Made by a program: the position numbers and the translations under genes
Notes under the pieces: generated by a model
Told to the model about the DNA's origin: nothing
What the model saw: the letters and a program-made list of their open reading frames with translations, nothing else
The model's database searches: none
Source of the DNA: a virus
Length of the DNA: 64,000 nt
IMG/VR virus record: IMGVR_UViG_3300042462_000689
Reading direction: 5' to 3' (one strand)
Shown here: positions 1 through 10,148 of the stretch, one piece after another
Layout of the letters: every line of letters begins with the position of its first letter
Numbering within the stretch: position 1 is the first letter of the stretch

Positions 1-33
1 TGGCTATAAATCAGCGCGGCCTTTTCTTTCGCA

Positions 34-288
34 ATGAAAATCACACCTGAAGAACACCTGGTCCGAATCATCGACGCCTGCAACCACAAGCTGGACATAG
101 GGGACTGCGACGAACTCACACGCTCCGGTTTGCTATCCACCATCGCCGCCATCCGCGGACTGGTCCCCGTCATCGAAGTGAATGACAAAGCCGGCTTCGT
201 GGAAGTATGGCAGATGGAGATCATCCGCCAAATCCGGGAAGCGTGGCCTTTGCGTCTCATGCCAGCCTCAAAAGCCGATGCATCATAG
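34..288 (+). CDS. hypothetical protein
   Basis: 84-aa ORF, co-oriented with the array. Confidence 0.6.
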   Translation: MKITPEEHLVRIIDACNHKLDIGDCDELTRSGLLSTIAAIRGLVPVIEVNDKAGFVEVWQMEIIRQIREAWPLRLMPASKADAS

Positions 289-412
289 ATTCATCGTCGT
301 AGCCATATTCGTGACGGCAGTTCTGAGCATCAGCAAATGCATGAAGGACGAACGCAAGAGCATCCGATTTGATCGCCACATGGGGGATAACCAACACCAA
401 AAAAAAAAAAGA
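278..412 (+). CDS. short single-TM peptide segment, in frame with dam through an A12 tract
   Basis: MHHRFIVVAIFVTAVLSISKC... hydrophobic stretch; ATG at 278 overlaps the previous ORF end; would stop at the TGA overlapping the dam ATG if the tract were A11. Confidence 0.45.
399..410. repeat. A12 homopolymer
   Basis: 12 consecutive A, 2 nt upstream of the dam ATG. Confidence 0.95.
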
Positions 413-1258
413 ATGACCTATAAAAAATCACCCTTGAAATATCCAGGGGGTAAATCGTGGATGCTCCCGCATCTCCTTCCTCTGATTCCGGAAAGCTGCA
501 CGCGCGTCGTGGAGCCATTTGCCGGATCGGCTGTTTTTTCGCTCAATGTGAAACAGCCCACACTGACCTGCGATATCAATCCGGATGTCATCGAGGTGTT
601 CCTGAATCTGAAGGCGGACAATGTGCAGGCGAGAGGAGCATTCATGGAATGGTGCACTCAGCATTTCAAACCGGAGTTTAACACAGCGGAGCAGTATTAT
701 GAGATGCGGACATTCTTCAATGACCGTACCCATTCGGCGTTTCAACGGGCGGCCGCTTTTGTTTACCTCAATCGTCACGGCTTCAACGGCCTCTGCCGAT
801 ACAATCAGAGCGGAGGCTTCAATGTGCCATTCGGCAAATACACCAACCCCAAATGCCCACTGGAGGCCATGCGGGAGTTCTCCACGGAATCAGCCCGGAT
901 GACATTCAAGGCGCAGGGATTTGAAGAGACGCTTAATGCGGTGCGTGAGGGGGACTTCATTTACATGGACCCACCGTACACGGCACTCTCAAAGACCTCG
1001 TCATTTGTGGGCTATCACACGGGAGGCTTCTCGCAGGACCAGCAGGAGAGGTTGGCAGAAAGGGCGCATCAGATCCGAGGGGACCGCCGCAATGTGACAA
1101 CGGTCATCTCGAACAATGCCACGGAGAAGATGATCGAGATTTACCGCGACATTTACCGGGCGGATGAATTGCTAATTGTCCCGGCCCGCCGGCGCATCAG
1201 TTGCAAGGTGGAGACGCGCGGGGATGTGAATGAGGTGATTGCGATTTGGAGATCCTAA
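413..1258 (+). CDS. dam: Dam/D12-class N6-adenine DNA methyltransferase
   Basis: LKYPGGKS, EPFAGSAVF (motif I), YLNRHGFNGLCRYN, YMDPPY (motif IV). Confidence 0.95.
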   Translation: MTYKKSPLKYPGGKSWMLPHLLPLIPESCTRVVEPFAGSAVFSLNVKQPTLTCDINPDVIEVFLNLKADNVQARGAFMEWCTQHFKPEFNTAEQYYEMRTFFNDRTHSAFQRAAAFVYLNRHGFNGLCRYNQSGGFNVPFGKYTNPKCPLEAMREFSTESARMTFKAQGFEETLNAVREGDFIYMDPPYTALSKTSSFVGYHTGGFSQDQQERLAERAHQIRGDRRNVTTVISNNATEKMIEIYRDIYRADELLIVPARRRISCKVETRGDVNEVIAIWRS

Positions 1259-1271
1259 CCCAATAAAACAA

Positions 1272-2072
1272 ATGAGTGAAGACAGATATGTCGTAAACCT
1301 CCCATTCTTTAGTGGGTTTTACGAATCGGATTTATCCCATGCGCTGGATGATGCCGCGGAACGAGACGCGGAATACTACGCCGAGAAGGAAATACCCTGG
1401 CCCCGCAAAGAGCCCGAACCATTCGCGCTGAGTGCGGAGGAAGACCCAAACACAGAATGGAAGCCGGCGCATTTGCGTATCTCCAAGGATGAGTATGCGG
1501 AGATCTTTTACGACTGTACAGATTATCAGGCGACGCACGAGCAGGTGGCGAAATACTGGGTGGAGGCATTTGACTGGTGGTGCAAGGAACACATCGGAAC
1601 GCCCGAAAAGTCATTCAAATGGGAGTCCATGGTTTCGCCGCGGGAATACAACTTCGCCACCGACCGCGTATTTGCGCTGGTGCCTCGCGCAGTGATCGAG
1701 TCGCTATTCGAAAACAGCAAGGCCGAGGATCACAAGACGCTCGCGCGGGTCATCAAGGACACGTTCACCAGCTACGATGGGTTCATGTCGTTTTACTCAA
1801 ACGAATTGGACGAGTGGCTGGAGAAGCCTCTGGAGGACTGGGATCATAATGAGCTGCAAACCTTGGTGGCGTCCGCAATCAGCCGCCACGAGGAATGGAA
1901 GGGCGGCAAATACAGACGGGAGGAGATCGGCAATTTACAATGGACGCTTTACGAATACACATTCTCAGGCAACGGGGAGGATGATCGCGTGGTGGATTGG
2001 GAGAAGTTCGAGAAGAAGGTGTCGGAATTGCGAGCGAAGAAGTCGGAAGAAACCGAAATGAAAATCACATGA
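1272..2072 (+). CDS. conserved phage/MGE hypothetical protein (LPFFSGFYES-type N-terminus)
   Basis: acidic 266-aa ORF; ATG after A-rich leader. Confidence 0.75.
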   Translation: MSEDRYVVNLPFFSGFYESDLSHALDDAAERDAEYYAEKEIPWPRKEPEPFALSAEEDPNTEWKPAHLRISKDEYAEIFYDCTDYQATHEQVAKYWVEAFDWWCKEHIGTPEKSFKWESMVSPREYNFATDRVFALVPRAVIESLFENSKAEDHKTLARVIKDTFTSYDGFMSFYSNELDEWLEKPLEDWDHNELQTLVASAISRHEEWKGGKYRREEIGNLQWTLYEYTFSGNGEDDRVVDWEKFEKKVSELRAKKSEETEMKIT

Positions 2073-2287
2073 CCACAGAGCAAATTGACTCACTGGCGGA
2101 TGGATTGAAAAGGGCAATGGATGAGGCACGGCAAATCACGGAGGAGCGGGATTTCTACCTACGCATCCTCAAACAGATAGCGCTGCAGAACGGAGGGGAG
2201 ATGAAGGTGGATCCCAGCCTTGGTGAGGCGGCGCAGAAGGAAAAGCGCACTCTGTTTTTCGGGGGTGGCTGGATTTCACTAAATTAA
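2069..2287 (+). CDS. hypothetical protein
   Basis: ATGA overlap with the upstream stop. Confidence 0.65.
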   Translation: MTTEQIDSLADGLKRAMDEARQITEERDFYLRILKQIALQNGGEMKVDPSLGEAAQKEKRTLFFGGGWISLN

Positions 2288-2617
2288 ATGCACCAATTCA
2301 AAGCCCCCATCGCCACCCTGACTTTCGAGTCGGAGCTGGTGATGGAATACAGCGCAGTGTCCACGGCTAGGCCGCTGGGGAAGTTCAAGAACAGCATGGA
2401 GCTTTATCTGGAGGATGCGGAGGTCAACAACTGCATCATCTGGAATTTCGGCAAGCATGCCCCGGACGAGGACGAGGAAATCATCGGACTGGAAATCGAA
2501 GGGCGAAAGGTCGTTGGCTACGATGGCCTCATGAGTCTCCCGATGCAGGCGGTGATGCTGCTGAATGCAGCGGGATTTGATACCACGGAGGTCGAAGACA
2601 ATGAGCACACCATTTAA
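2288..2617 (+). CDS. hypothetical protein
   Basis: ATG abuts the previous TAA. Confidence 0.7.
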   Translation: MHQFKAPIATLTFESELVMEYSAVSTARPLGKFKNSMELYLEDAEVNNCIIWNFGKHAPDEDEEIIGLEIEGRKVVGYDGLMSLPMQAVMLLNAAGFDTTEVEDNEHTI

Positions 2618-2674
2618 GGCCGAGCCGCCGGAATGGGCGTGCTGCTGGGATGCGTGCGGAAGGAGCTTCTGGGT

Positions 2675-2944
2675 ATGACAAAGAAAAAGAAATTCGCCGT
2701 AGGAATGCGCGTGCGGCTGGACCCACCACAGCCCGGAGCATTTGCACAGAAGCATGGCCAGGTCGTGTATTGGCACGGGAAACACAATCCCCGCTATCCA
2801 CGAGTGCGCTGGGACTCCCACTGGGGTACTACCTGCAAGGCGGAGCATTTGCGGGAACTGACAGACGAGGAGAAGGCCACCCTGCCGCCAGTGCAACTGG
2901 TGGATGGCTACGACACCAAATACGACGGAAAGAAAACCAAATGA
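2675..2944 (+). CDS. hypothetical protein, possible SH3/KOW-like beta-barrel
   Basis: FAVGMRVRL...GQVVYW...PRVRWD pattern. Confidence 0.6.
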   Translation: MTKKKKFAVGMRVRLDPPQPGAFAQKHGQVVYWHGKHNPRYPRVRWDSHWGTTCKAEHLRELTDEEKATLPPVQLVDGYDTKYDGKKTK

Positions 2945-3126
2945 AACACTCATACGAAGTAGAGATGCTGAGGATCAGCTACGCGACAGCGACCATCCGT
3001 GTGGAAGCGGAAACGGAGGCAGACGCACGTAATCAGGCCGAGGACATCGCCGGCAATTACCTGTACAACGAGACCAGTGCCGAATACGACGCAGGGGCTG
3101 TAACCCAACTACCAACAACCAAATGA
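2941..3126 (+). CDS. small hypothetical protein
   Basis: CCAAATGA overlaps at both ends; V-E-A-x-x-E-x-x-A motif. Confidence 0.7.
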   Translation: MKHSYEVEMLRISYATATIRVEAETEADARNQAEDIAGNYLYNETSAEYDAGAVTQLPTTK

Positions 3127-3308
3127 AGATCATCAAAAAAGACAATTACAACCGCGACCATATCAGCGAGTCCGTCATCGCGGAAAATGTGCATCCGTAT
3201 TTCGCCAAGGACATCGCCGAATTTCTGAACCAGAAGATGAGAAACGACGACTCGTTCTTCTGTAAAGTGGAGGCGGATGACTACGTCCCTTACCAATTCG
3301 AGCCGTGA
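3123..3308 (+). CDS. small hypothetical protein
   Basis: coupled ORF, 61 aa. Confidence 0.7.
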   Translation: MKIIKKDNYNRDHISESVIAENVHPYFAKDIAEFLNQKMRNDDSFFCKVEADDYVPYQFEP

Positions 3309-3871
3309 CCTACGACCAGAGGATGCGAATCCTGCAGTTCGTGGATGATTACTGCGCATGGCCTGCATCTGCCACGGACGAAGATCGCCGAGAATTGATA
3401 CGTGGGGGGTTTGCGCAGGTGGGGCTGACCTCGCTCGGGGAGCTGGAAATCGGCTACCCGGAGACGGACGACAATGGGGACAAACCCGAGGACAAGTCGG
3501 TGAGTAAGACGCTGACCATCTTTTCCTCAAATGGGGAGCTGTGCGTGGACGCGTCGACGGGACTGGTGGACAAAGGTGCATCGGACTACTACGACACGGA
3601 CGAGCTGAAGCACATCTCGCAATTCGACATCGAGGAGTTCTGTGTGTTCTGGAATTGCGAACCGCAGGACGGGGACATCCTGGATTTCGGCTACTGGATG
3701 AATAATGGCACCTACGAACCGCCGGCGATGGACTGGCGGCTCGACATTGCTGTGCAGTTCCTGACAGATGATATCGAATGGAAGGACTTTGGTCCCACGA
3801 CACCCGGAGAAATCCTAGAACTCGCACTGAATGGGAAATCATTCGGTGCAATACCAAAAGAAACCAAATGA
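3305..3871 (+). CDS. hypothetical protein
   Basis: GTGA overlap; acidic 188 aa. Confidence 0.7.
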   Translation: MTYDQRMRILQFVDDYCAWPASATDEDRRELIRGGFAQVGLTSLGELEIGYPETDDNGDKPEDKSVSKTLTIFSSNGELCVDASTGLVDKGASDYYDTDELKHISQFDIEEFCVFWNCEPQDGDILDFGYWMNNGTYEPPAMDWRLDIAVQFLTDDIEWKDFGPTTPGEILELALNGKSFGAIPKETK

Positions 3872-4338
3872 GTCTTAATTGGAAAATCAACAAGATCGTA
3901 AATAAAGAAAAGGTCTGCTGGGTCGGAGATGCAGAACCCAATTACATGAATCCGGTGACGGAATCATTGATTTGGCGCACCATGAGCCTGGACCTCGGAG
4001 AGATCACGAAGAAGAACATCCCCGAGTGGATGTTCCGCACCCGGTACTACAGTCGGGTGTTCGGGAAGCCGCTACGCAGGGTCGTGCAGCGGTGCAATGG
4101 ATGTCGGAATGAAATCAAAGATGGCGAGCAGTGCTGCTCCGCAGAATTGCCTGGGGTCGCTGATCACATTGAGGACTTCGATTACTCCGAGGAGGATTTG
4201 CGGGCGCATATTGGACTGAGCACCAATGTCCGATCGACCACCAGGGCCAACTTCCTACGCAAGATGACTACTGCGCTGGCGTGTGATGTGGAGCGGGTAT
4301 TGTCCCAAGAACGGCAGCGGAAGACGGAGGCGGCATGA
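3868..4338 (+). CDS. hypothetical protein with inserted CxxC..CC segment
   Basis: coupled ORF. Confidence 0.7.
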   Translation: MSLNWKINKIVNKEKVCWVGDAEPNYMNPVTESLIWRTMSLDLGEITKKNIPEWMFRTRYYSRVFGKPLRRVVQRCNGCRNEIKDGEQCCSAELPGVADHIEDFDYSEEDLRAHIGLSTNVRSTTRANFLRKMTTALACDVERVLSQERQRKTEAA

Positions 4339-5087
4339 GTCAACAACCTGACTGGAAATACGTCTGCAATTTAGGCGATCGCAACCCAATTGACCACGGC
4401 GGGGACTTCCTCTACGTGGACGCTACGGAGGTATATCCACCGGAGATCGAAAAGCTGGTCCCGCCAGAGGATGATGTCATCGACACGCCGCGGGCACGCT
4501 GGACGGTCTACCGCTTCATGGTGGAGCCCTGCACCTACATCAATGGCATCCTCAGCGACAACAAATACCACCCAGGACACGCCGCCTGGTTTGCCAACCC
4601 ATACAACCCGGATCGCCCACAGGACGGAAAAGGTGGGCTGGAGGAGCTGTCCTCCTACATCGGGGTTTCCATTGAGGAATTGGTGGCGATGTTCCGGAGC
4701 AATGATGTGCGGACGAGAGCGGTGGCCTGGCTGGCCGCTGCGGATTATCACGGAATTGACAATTTCGACTCCTACTCGCTGAAGTTCAACCGGGAGGAGA
4801 TCGAGAAGCGGTACGAGGACGAGGAAAGGATCGATGCGATGCGCCGCAATGACCGCAAAGTATTCCGGCGCGTATGGGCGCACCATCCACGCGACGGTCG
4901 GGATTATGGGTATGCGACGGATGTGCGCAAAGGGCTCTACTCGCCCGAGCGTGGCATTTGCATATCGGTTGAACAGGCAGCCATTGGTGGCGGCATCAGT
5001 TACCCGGAGGTGCAGGTGACGCTGGCGGATGCCGATGACCCATTGGATCCTTTGAATCAGGAGGAATGCACAACTACGTCATCGTAG
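4335..5087 (+). CDS. hypothetical protein (NLGDxNPIDHGG motif)
   Basis: 250-aa coupled ORF. Confidence 0.75.
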   Translation: MSQQPDWKYVCNLGDRNPIDHGGDFLYVDATEVYPPEIEKLVPPEDDVIDTPRARWTVYRFMVEPCTYINGILSDNKYHPGHAAWFANPYNPDRPQDGKGGLEELSSYIGVSIEELVAMFRSNDVRTRAVAWLAAADYHGIDNFDSYSLKFNREEIEKRYEDEERIDAMRRNDRKVFRRVWAHHPRDGRDYGYATDVRKGLYSPERGICISVEQAAIGGGISYPEVQVTLADADDPLDPLNQEECTTTSS

Positions 5088-5299
5088 CCCGCGGTCGCGA
5101 ATGCGGCCCTGGCTTCAATACCTTGAAAGAGGCGAAGTCACACCTGAAGGAAATCGTGGAGGAGGACATGCAGCGCGGGAAGGCCCGCTTCGGTCAAATC
5201 TCCAAGATCCACACAAAACCACATCATTACCGTTTGGTGATTGGTCCGCGCTGCGGATACAACATCTACTCGGAATACAACATTATCGGAATCAAATGA
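5066..5299 (+). CDS. hypothetical protein
   Basis: 77 aa, ends in CAAATGA overlap. Confidence 0.65.
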   Translation: MHNYVIVARGRECGPGFNTLKEAKSHLKEIVEEDMQRGKARFGQISKIHTKPHHYRLVIGPRCGYNIYSEYNIIGIK

Positions 5300-5544
5300 G
5301 TAAACCCAAAAAAGACAGGCAGGTATGGTTGCTGGAGGAGGGTGCGTATTTCAGTGACGGCGGTTTGGTGGTGCTGGCCTCTGAAACAAAGAAGGCGATC
5401 GTGCGTTGGGTGAAGGAACACTACCCTGCGTTCAAACGCTGTCGCGCCCAGGAGCGTAGCTGTGAAATGTTCTGGCAGAATAATGAAAGTCGTACGTGGC
5501 TCCGTCTCGCAGGTTGGTATAGCTGCCCGCTGCTGCTCAAATGA
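5296..5544 (+). CDS. hypothetical protein
   Basis: coupled ORF. Confidence 0.65.
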   Translation: MSKPKKDRQVWLLEEGAYFSDGGLVVLASETKKAIVRWVKEHYPAFKRCRAQERSCEMFWQNNESRTWLRLAGWYSCPLLLK

Positions 5545-5671
5545 AGAAGCACAAGAAGCGGCCTGATCACGCAATTGCCTGGGATAAAAAGAACCCACGA
5601 TTGAAGTGGGCGGGGCTGTCGAACGATGAACGGGTCGTAGTTCGGCTGGCCTGGCAAAACAAGGCAGGCAA

Positions 5672-5887
5672 ATGAGCACATGGCACCAAGATCAGGCTCG
5701 CGGCCGCGCCTACAAGGCAGGCAATCCGACCGTATTCTGGCACGAGACCCTATGGACGGTGGTCGTGGACCCACCAAACGAGATGACCTGCCTCATGCGC
5801 TTTGACGCAGAGCAGGCAGCACGCAAATACCAAAAGAACGCGGCGCACTCCTATGTGCTGCCGCCATATCCAAATACCAAGAAATGA
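5672..5887 (+). CDS. hypothetical protein
   Basis: CAAATG start; coupled to the next gene. Confidence 0.65.
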   Translation: MSTWHQDQARGRAYKAGNPTVFWHETLWTVVVDPPNEMTCLMRFDAEQAARKYQKNAAHSYVLPPYPNTKK

Positions 5888-6537
5888 ACTCGCAAACCAT
5901 AGACGGAAAATCGGGACTGATGACATGCGCCTGCGGCAAGGAACTGCACATGCGTCGCTTCGTGGGAGGGGAAATTCAATGCAAACAATGCTGCAGGAGA
6001 TATGACAGCCGCGGATATCAATTGGCTGCACCTCCACCCCCGACAGTGGCGCTGCCGGACTTCAGTCCGAGTAAACCCACCCGGTTCGCGCAAAGAGGTA
6101 AACGCATACCGCATAAAATGACCAAAGAAGAGGCCACGGAAATTTATCTGAGCACACCAGTCAGAAAAGGACGGCAGACAGAGAGGTTCCGGCAGGCCAG
6201 GCAATTGCTGACGGATTTGGGGGAGACGCGGGTGTTGAAAAAGCGAAAGCTTAAAAGCAAAAATAAAGCCGTTCCATGGACGCCCAAGGAATTGCCTGGA
6301 TTTGAAATGGTGCCGGAGACAATGCCTGTATCGGTGGCGGACGGAGCGCAACTTGGAATCCCGGAGATGCCCCAAATGAAAAAAGAAAAACAGAAGCCTA
6401 TGTCCATGCTCGCCCTGTCGGCTATGGCGGTTCACATGAACAATTGTCCGCAGTGTGGAATTAATTTGAGTATGCTGCAAACCGCCTACGAACTCACGCT
6501 GGCTGGGCAGCAACAAGACAATGACGAAACAAACTAA
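5884..6537 (+). CDS. Zn-ribbon-containing basic protein
   Basis: CACG...CKQC near the N-terminus, CPQCG near the C-terminus. Confidence 0.7.
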   Translation: MNSQTIDGKSGLMTCACGKELHMRRFVGGEIQCKQCCRRYDSRGYQLAAPPPPTVALPDFSPSKPTRFAQRGKRIPHKMTKEEATEIYLSTPVRKGRQTERFRQARQLLTDLGETRVLKKRKLKSKNKAVPWTPKELPGFEMVPETMPVSVADGAQLGIPEMPQMKKEKQKPMSMLALSAMAVHMNNCPQCGINLSMLQTAYELTLAGQQQDNDETN

Positions 6538-6817
6538 ACAACAGATGATGCATGAGCTGCTGAAAGCCCACGCATCCCGGAGCGTCATACTCCTGGGATA
6601 TTTTGGGCAATCAAATGCCAGCATCCGCGCAAAGACGGAACTTACAGATTCGCAAATCAACCGCATTCTTCGGAGGGCCGGCGTCACGCGGAAGCTGTAT
6701 CGGGACGGGGACGGCATGAGCGCCAAGGTGGTGCTGGGGCAGGTGTTCCATCACAGACCAATGCAACCACACCGGTATATGAGGTCATTGCATCGGGTGA
6801 TATTGAAGGCGAAATAA
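6521..6817 (+). CDS. small basic protein, possible HTH
   Basis: NASIRAKTELTDSQINRILRRAG helix-turn-helix-like segment. Confidence 0.6.
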   Translation: MTKQTKQQMMHELLKAHASRSVILLGYFGQSNASIRAKTELTDSQINRILRRAGVTRKLYRDGDGMSAKVVLGQVFHHRPMQPHRYMRSLHRVILKAK

Positions 6818-6859
6818 TTGCAGACAGACGTAAACAAAAAACCAAAACCAAAAACACAC

Positions 6860-7426
6860 ATGAGCAAACACACACGTAACCAACTGCCACTACCCGCCAA
6901 CTTCGAACTGAATCCGGAACTGCATCACTATTTCGATGAGCAGATCACGTCACCAAACTTGCGGTTTCTGAAGCGGCATCTTCCTGCCGCCTGCAAGGAA
7001 TTGCGGAGCTACAAGGAGGATATCGAAAGCCGGGTGAGAGCCGGTGAGCCGCTGAAACACATCGCGGACTTGTATCGGCATAAAATGTTGCAATTCCGCA
7101 CGCTGTGCGAAACGGCGAATATCAAAGTGCCGGCGAAAAAGACTAACAAGAAGAAGAAGTCCGCACCAGTCGCTGCGCCCGAAAGCCCGACACCTGCCAA
7201 TGGTCTGATAGAGATAGCGCAGGCATTGTCAGCATTCATAAAAGAAACCGAGGCCCATCACGCCACAGCTGCGAAGGAAAGGAAGGCCATAATCGCGGTC
7301 TTGGCGCGAATTGCGAATTGCCGGGCAATCTCGGTGTCGTGGCCGGAACTGGTGCAGTTTTCCGGTAAGCCCGAGCAGCTGAGTATGGCGTTCCAAACAC
7401 AGGAGCCGCAGGCATGCAATGGTTGA
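6860..7426 (+). CDS. hypothetical protein
   Basis: ATG after long A/C-rich leader. Confidence 0.7.
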   Translation: MSKHTRNQLPLPANFELNPELHHYFDEQITSPNLRFLKRHLPAACKELRSYKEDIESRVRAGEPLKHIADLYRHKMLQFRTLCETANIKVPAKKTNKKKKSAPVAAPESPTPANGLIEIAQALSAFIKETEAHHATAAKERKAIIAVLARIANCRAISVSWPELVQFSGKPEQLSMAFQTQEPQACNG

Positions 7427-7601
7427 TTACATGAAAACACGAAACCAAATCAGAGACGCATTCCTGTCCGCGCTGGATGGTAATTACCACGCGAAGGAGC
7501 TGGTCCGCACCACTGGAATGCCCGAGGACGAGGCCAAACAAATCGAGGCGCTATGGATCGAGCTGAGCGCCGAACAGGCCAGGGAGAGGATCGACAAATG
7601 A
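7419..7601 (+). CDS. small hypothetical protein
   Basis: overlapping ORF, 60 aa. Confidence 0.6.
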   Translation: MVDYMKTRNQIRDAFLSALDGNYHAKELVRTTGMPEDEAKQIEALWIELSAEQARERIDK

Positions 7602-7804
7602 GATCGATCCACGAAATCCAAGATGAGGCCGGCTGGAATGACAACACGCTCCTGGAATTGCTGCTGGAGTGGGTTGAGACCTATTGCCACGAAGACGCCG
7701 TTGCCCGGTATTTGGCAGCTAGGCTGAAAGACGAGCAGGAGCCGCCAGAGACGACAAAACGAACCAGAACACCACGCGACAAATGCCCTACCATATTACC
7801 GTAA
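7598..7804 (+). CDS. small hypothetical protein
   Basis: CAAATGA overlap. Confidence 0.65.
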   Translation: MRSIHEIQDEAGWNDNTLLELLLEWVETYCHEDAVARYLAARLKDEQEPPETTKRTRTPRDKCPTILP

Positions 7805-8277
7805 ACGGAGTGCCGTACTGCCAGGCCCCTGTCTATTCCATGCTGAAGGCAGCCGGAGCGTCCGCTGAAGCGCAATGCGCTTGCGGATATGGGCATAAGC
7901 TCCCGGAGGCGGAGACCGATGCCGCCAAACTCGCAAGGGCATTGCCGGATGCAGTGGTGAAAGTCGCGGAGGGACTCTGCGGCAACAACCCATGGTGGAG
8001 CATGCCGAACGGCAGGCATGCCGCCGAAATGGAGGTGGCGATGGATGACTACCGCACAGATGCCCACGCAGGGGATAAACCGACGCGCAGGCTGGCACGC
8101 TACACCGTCATCGTCGAGCGGGAGCTTGGGGATGAGGACGGACAAAACTACCTCGACGTCATCGACGAATCCTCAGCCATTCAGCAGCTCCGCGATGAGA
8201 TTCAGGAGGCGTTTGATGAGGGGCGCCTCGCAGGTAACTTCAACATCGAAAAACGAGAGGAGATTGAAATCAAATGA
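7783..8277 (+). CDS. hypothetical protein
   Basis: 164-aa ORF. Confidence 0.65.
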   Translation: MPYHITVNGVPYCQAPVYSMLKAAGASAEAQCACGYGHKLPEAETDAAKLARALPDAVVKVAEGLCGNNPWWSMPNGRHAAEMEVAMDDYRTDAHAGDKPTRRLARYTVIVERELGDEDGQNYLDVIDESSAIQQLRDEIQEAFDEGRLAGNFNIEKREEIEIK

Positions 8278-9101
8278 GCAAATCCAATTACGCCGGCCTC
8301 GACTACTCTGGTCCCGGTGCCACATGCAACCGGGACATCTCCAAAGGCATCCGCTACGGAGTCATCAGCCAGCATTCCGTGCAGCATGACGCAATGTCCG
8401 ACATCTGGAACAATGCCCAGGATCTGAGCTGGGAGTGCGCGAAGGATGACCTGCTCGACCGTATCATGGCCTCGCTGGCGTCAGAGACGCAGGATGAGCG
8501 GCTGGCGAATGTGGCGCATGATATCAAATATCTGTACCGCGATCCCGTATGCCGTTCAGTGGCAATGGAGATCGAAGAGCTTGGGGACGACAGCGCACCG
8601 AGCCGGGAGGAAGTATGGGATGTCATCTCGGACAAATTCGGTGATACCTATGAGTGTGACGCCCGAGATTGGCGCTGGGAGGAGCATGGCTACGTGCTGG
8701 AGAACTGCCTGCAATCGGACATGTTCGTCTCGAAGAGCCCATATTTCACGTATGCGCAATTCTGTTCTCCGTGCGTACCTGGAGGCTGCAATCTGGACAG
8801 CCCGTTCGAAGGCCTGGCTGTGCCGCAGGGAGATCACAAGTCATTCGCGGAGGACTTCGCATTGGAGGCGGATGCCGCCGGCTTTGCCAAATGCTTCTGT
8901 CTGGGGCATGATTTCTTTGACAAGGATCAGGCACCCTACGAGGTGTTCAGCGTGGCGACAGGCAAGCGGGTGGTAATGGTGGAGAAATCAGTTCCGTGTC
9001 CTTCCTGCAAAGGAACCGGCATTTGGCAGCCGACCGGCATTATCTGCGGCAATTGTCGCGGGACATTGAGTGTGATCGCGAAAGTGGAGGAAGAACAATG
9101 A
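8274..9101 (+). CDS. hypothetical protein with C-terminal DnaJ-type CxxCxGxG zinc finger
   Basis: IRYGVISQHS; CSPCVPG; CPSCKGTG...CGNCRGT. Confidence 0.75.
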   Translation: MSKSNYAGLDYSGPGATCNRDISKGIRYGVISQHSVQHDAMSDIWNNAQDLSWECAKDDLLDRIMASLASETQDERLANVAHDIKYLYRDPVCRSVAMEIEELGDDSAPSREEVWDVISDKFGDTYECDARDWRWEEHGYVLENCLQSDMFVSKSPYFTYAQFCSPCVPGGCNLDSPFEGLAVPQGDHKSFAEDFALEADAAGFAKCFCLGHDFFDKDQAPYEVFSVATGKRVVMVEKSVPCPSCKGTGIWQPTGIICGNCRGTLSVIAKVEEEQ

Positions 9102-9331
9102 GGCGCTTCTACGCCATCCGATGCTACGAGTCACCATTTGGAAGCGACTGCTACTACACGAACGCAGGCATGCGGACGGAGGTCGTGCATTTCGACTCCC
9201 AGAAAAAGCGGGACGAGTGGGTCCGGAAACCATCCGAATGGCCCGAGGTATTTCGTCAGGCAGTGCCATCCATGTATGTGGTGCATTGCCCTGCGGACCA
9301 CGCAAACATCTACGTGAAGGAGGCGGCATGA
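9098..9331 (+). CDS. hypothetical protein
   Basis: coupled ORF. Confidence 0.65.
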   Translation: MRRFYAIRCYESPFGSDCYYTNAGMRTEVVHFDSQKKRDEWVRKPSEWPEVFRQAVPSMYVVHCPADHANIYVKEAA

Positions 9332-9597
9332 AACTGATCCGCGAAGGAGATTTGATTTATGCCCCAGTCCCAGACTGGATGGATCGCCCACGCACGCTGC
9401 TCTGCGAGCGTAGTGAATGCGGCGAGGCAGTGGTGCCAAGCGAGACCGGTGACGACCTGGACATGTGCCTCTACTCGCTGCGCAACTGCAATGACGAGGC
9501 CGGCAGGCTGCCTGATGGCACCGAAGTGGAATTGGATGGGGTGGTTCTCGGACATTTCGAGAGCTTCCATTTCATCCCAGCAAAGAAAACCAAATGA
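9328..9597 (+). CDS. hypothetical protein
   Basis: coupled ORF. Confidence 0.65.
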   Translation: MKLIREGDLIYAPVPDWMDRPRTLLCERSECGEAVVPSETGDDLDMCLYSLRNCNDEAGRLPDGTEVELDGVVLGHFESFHFIPAKKTK

Positions 9598-10148
9598 AGA
9601 AACAATTCAACGCAGCAAACGGAATTACATTCCTGGTAAGAGTGGTGCCTAAGGGAGGGCCCTACGGGGCGGAGTGGTGTCTCACCAACAAAGGCAAGGA
9701 GCCCCTGGTGGAGTTCTATGACACACGAAAGGCATGCGACTATGATTTCGTCGGCAGTAAAGAGGCGGCAATCAAAGCCGGGGCTCCTGTGCTCGGGCAG
9801 TTTGTGAGCCGGTATAGCATGGCGACGATCATGGCGCATCCCAGGGCTAGCGGACTCGATTTGATGGGCTACGAGCCCAGCTGGAAGATTGACGGCGGCA
9901 CCATGGAAAGCATCCAAGATTGGTTGAAGTGGCTGGAGGCGGAAGAGGACAGTCAGCCAGCGTTCGACGCGCTGGCGCAGATGCATACCAACTTCGACTT
10001 CCTGCTCAAGCATATCGACGCCATCCATATGGCTCTGTGCTCAGACCAGAAGCACTGGCAATATCGCACATGGCAGCAACGCACCGAGGAGGCCACCAAG
10101 GAAGCGCAGAGGCTGGCTGCAATTAAAAAAAAGGAGGACCGCAAATGA
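9594..10148 (+). CDS. hypothetical protein (PLVEFYD motif)
   Basis: 184-aa coupled ORF. Confidence 0.7.
   Translation: MKKQFNAANGITFLVRVVPKGGPYGAEWCLTNKGKEPLVEFYDTRKACDYDFVGSKEAAIKAGAPVLGQFVSRYSMATIMAHPRASGLDLMGYEPSWKIDGGTMESIQDWLKWLEAEEDSQPAFDALAQMHTNFDFLLKHIDAIHMALCSDQKHWQYRTWQQRTEEATKEAQRLAAIKKKEDRK

Noticed and set aside
182-412. Track start of dam at 182; similarly the extended starts 10935, 19898, 25919 and 58996
   Set aside because: Homology and the overlap pattern point to downstream ATGs (413, 11310, 20345, 26033, 59404).
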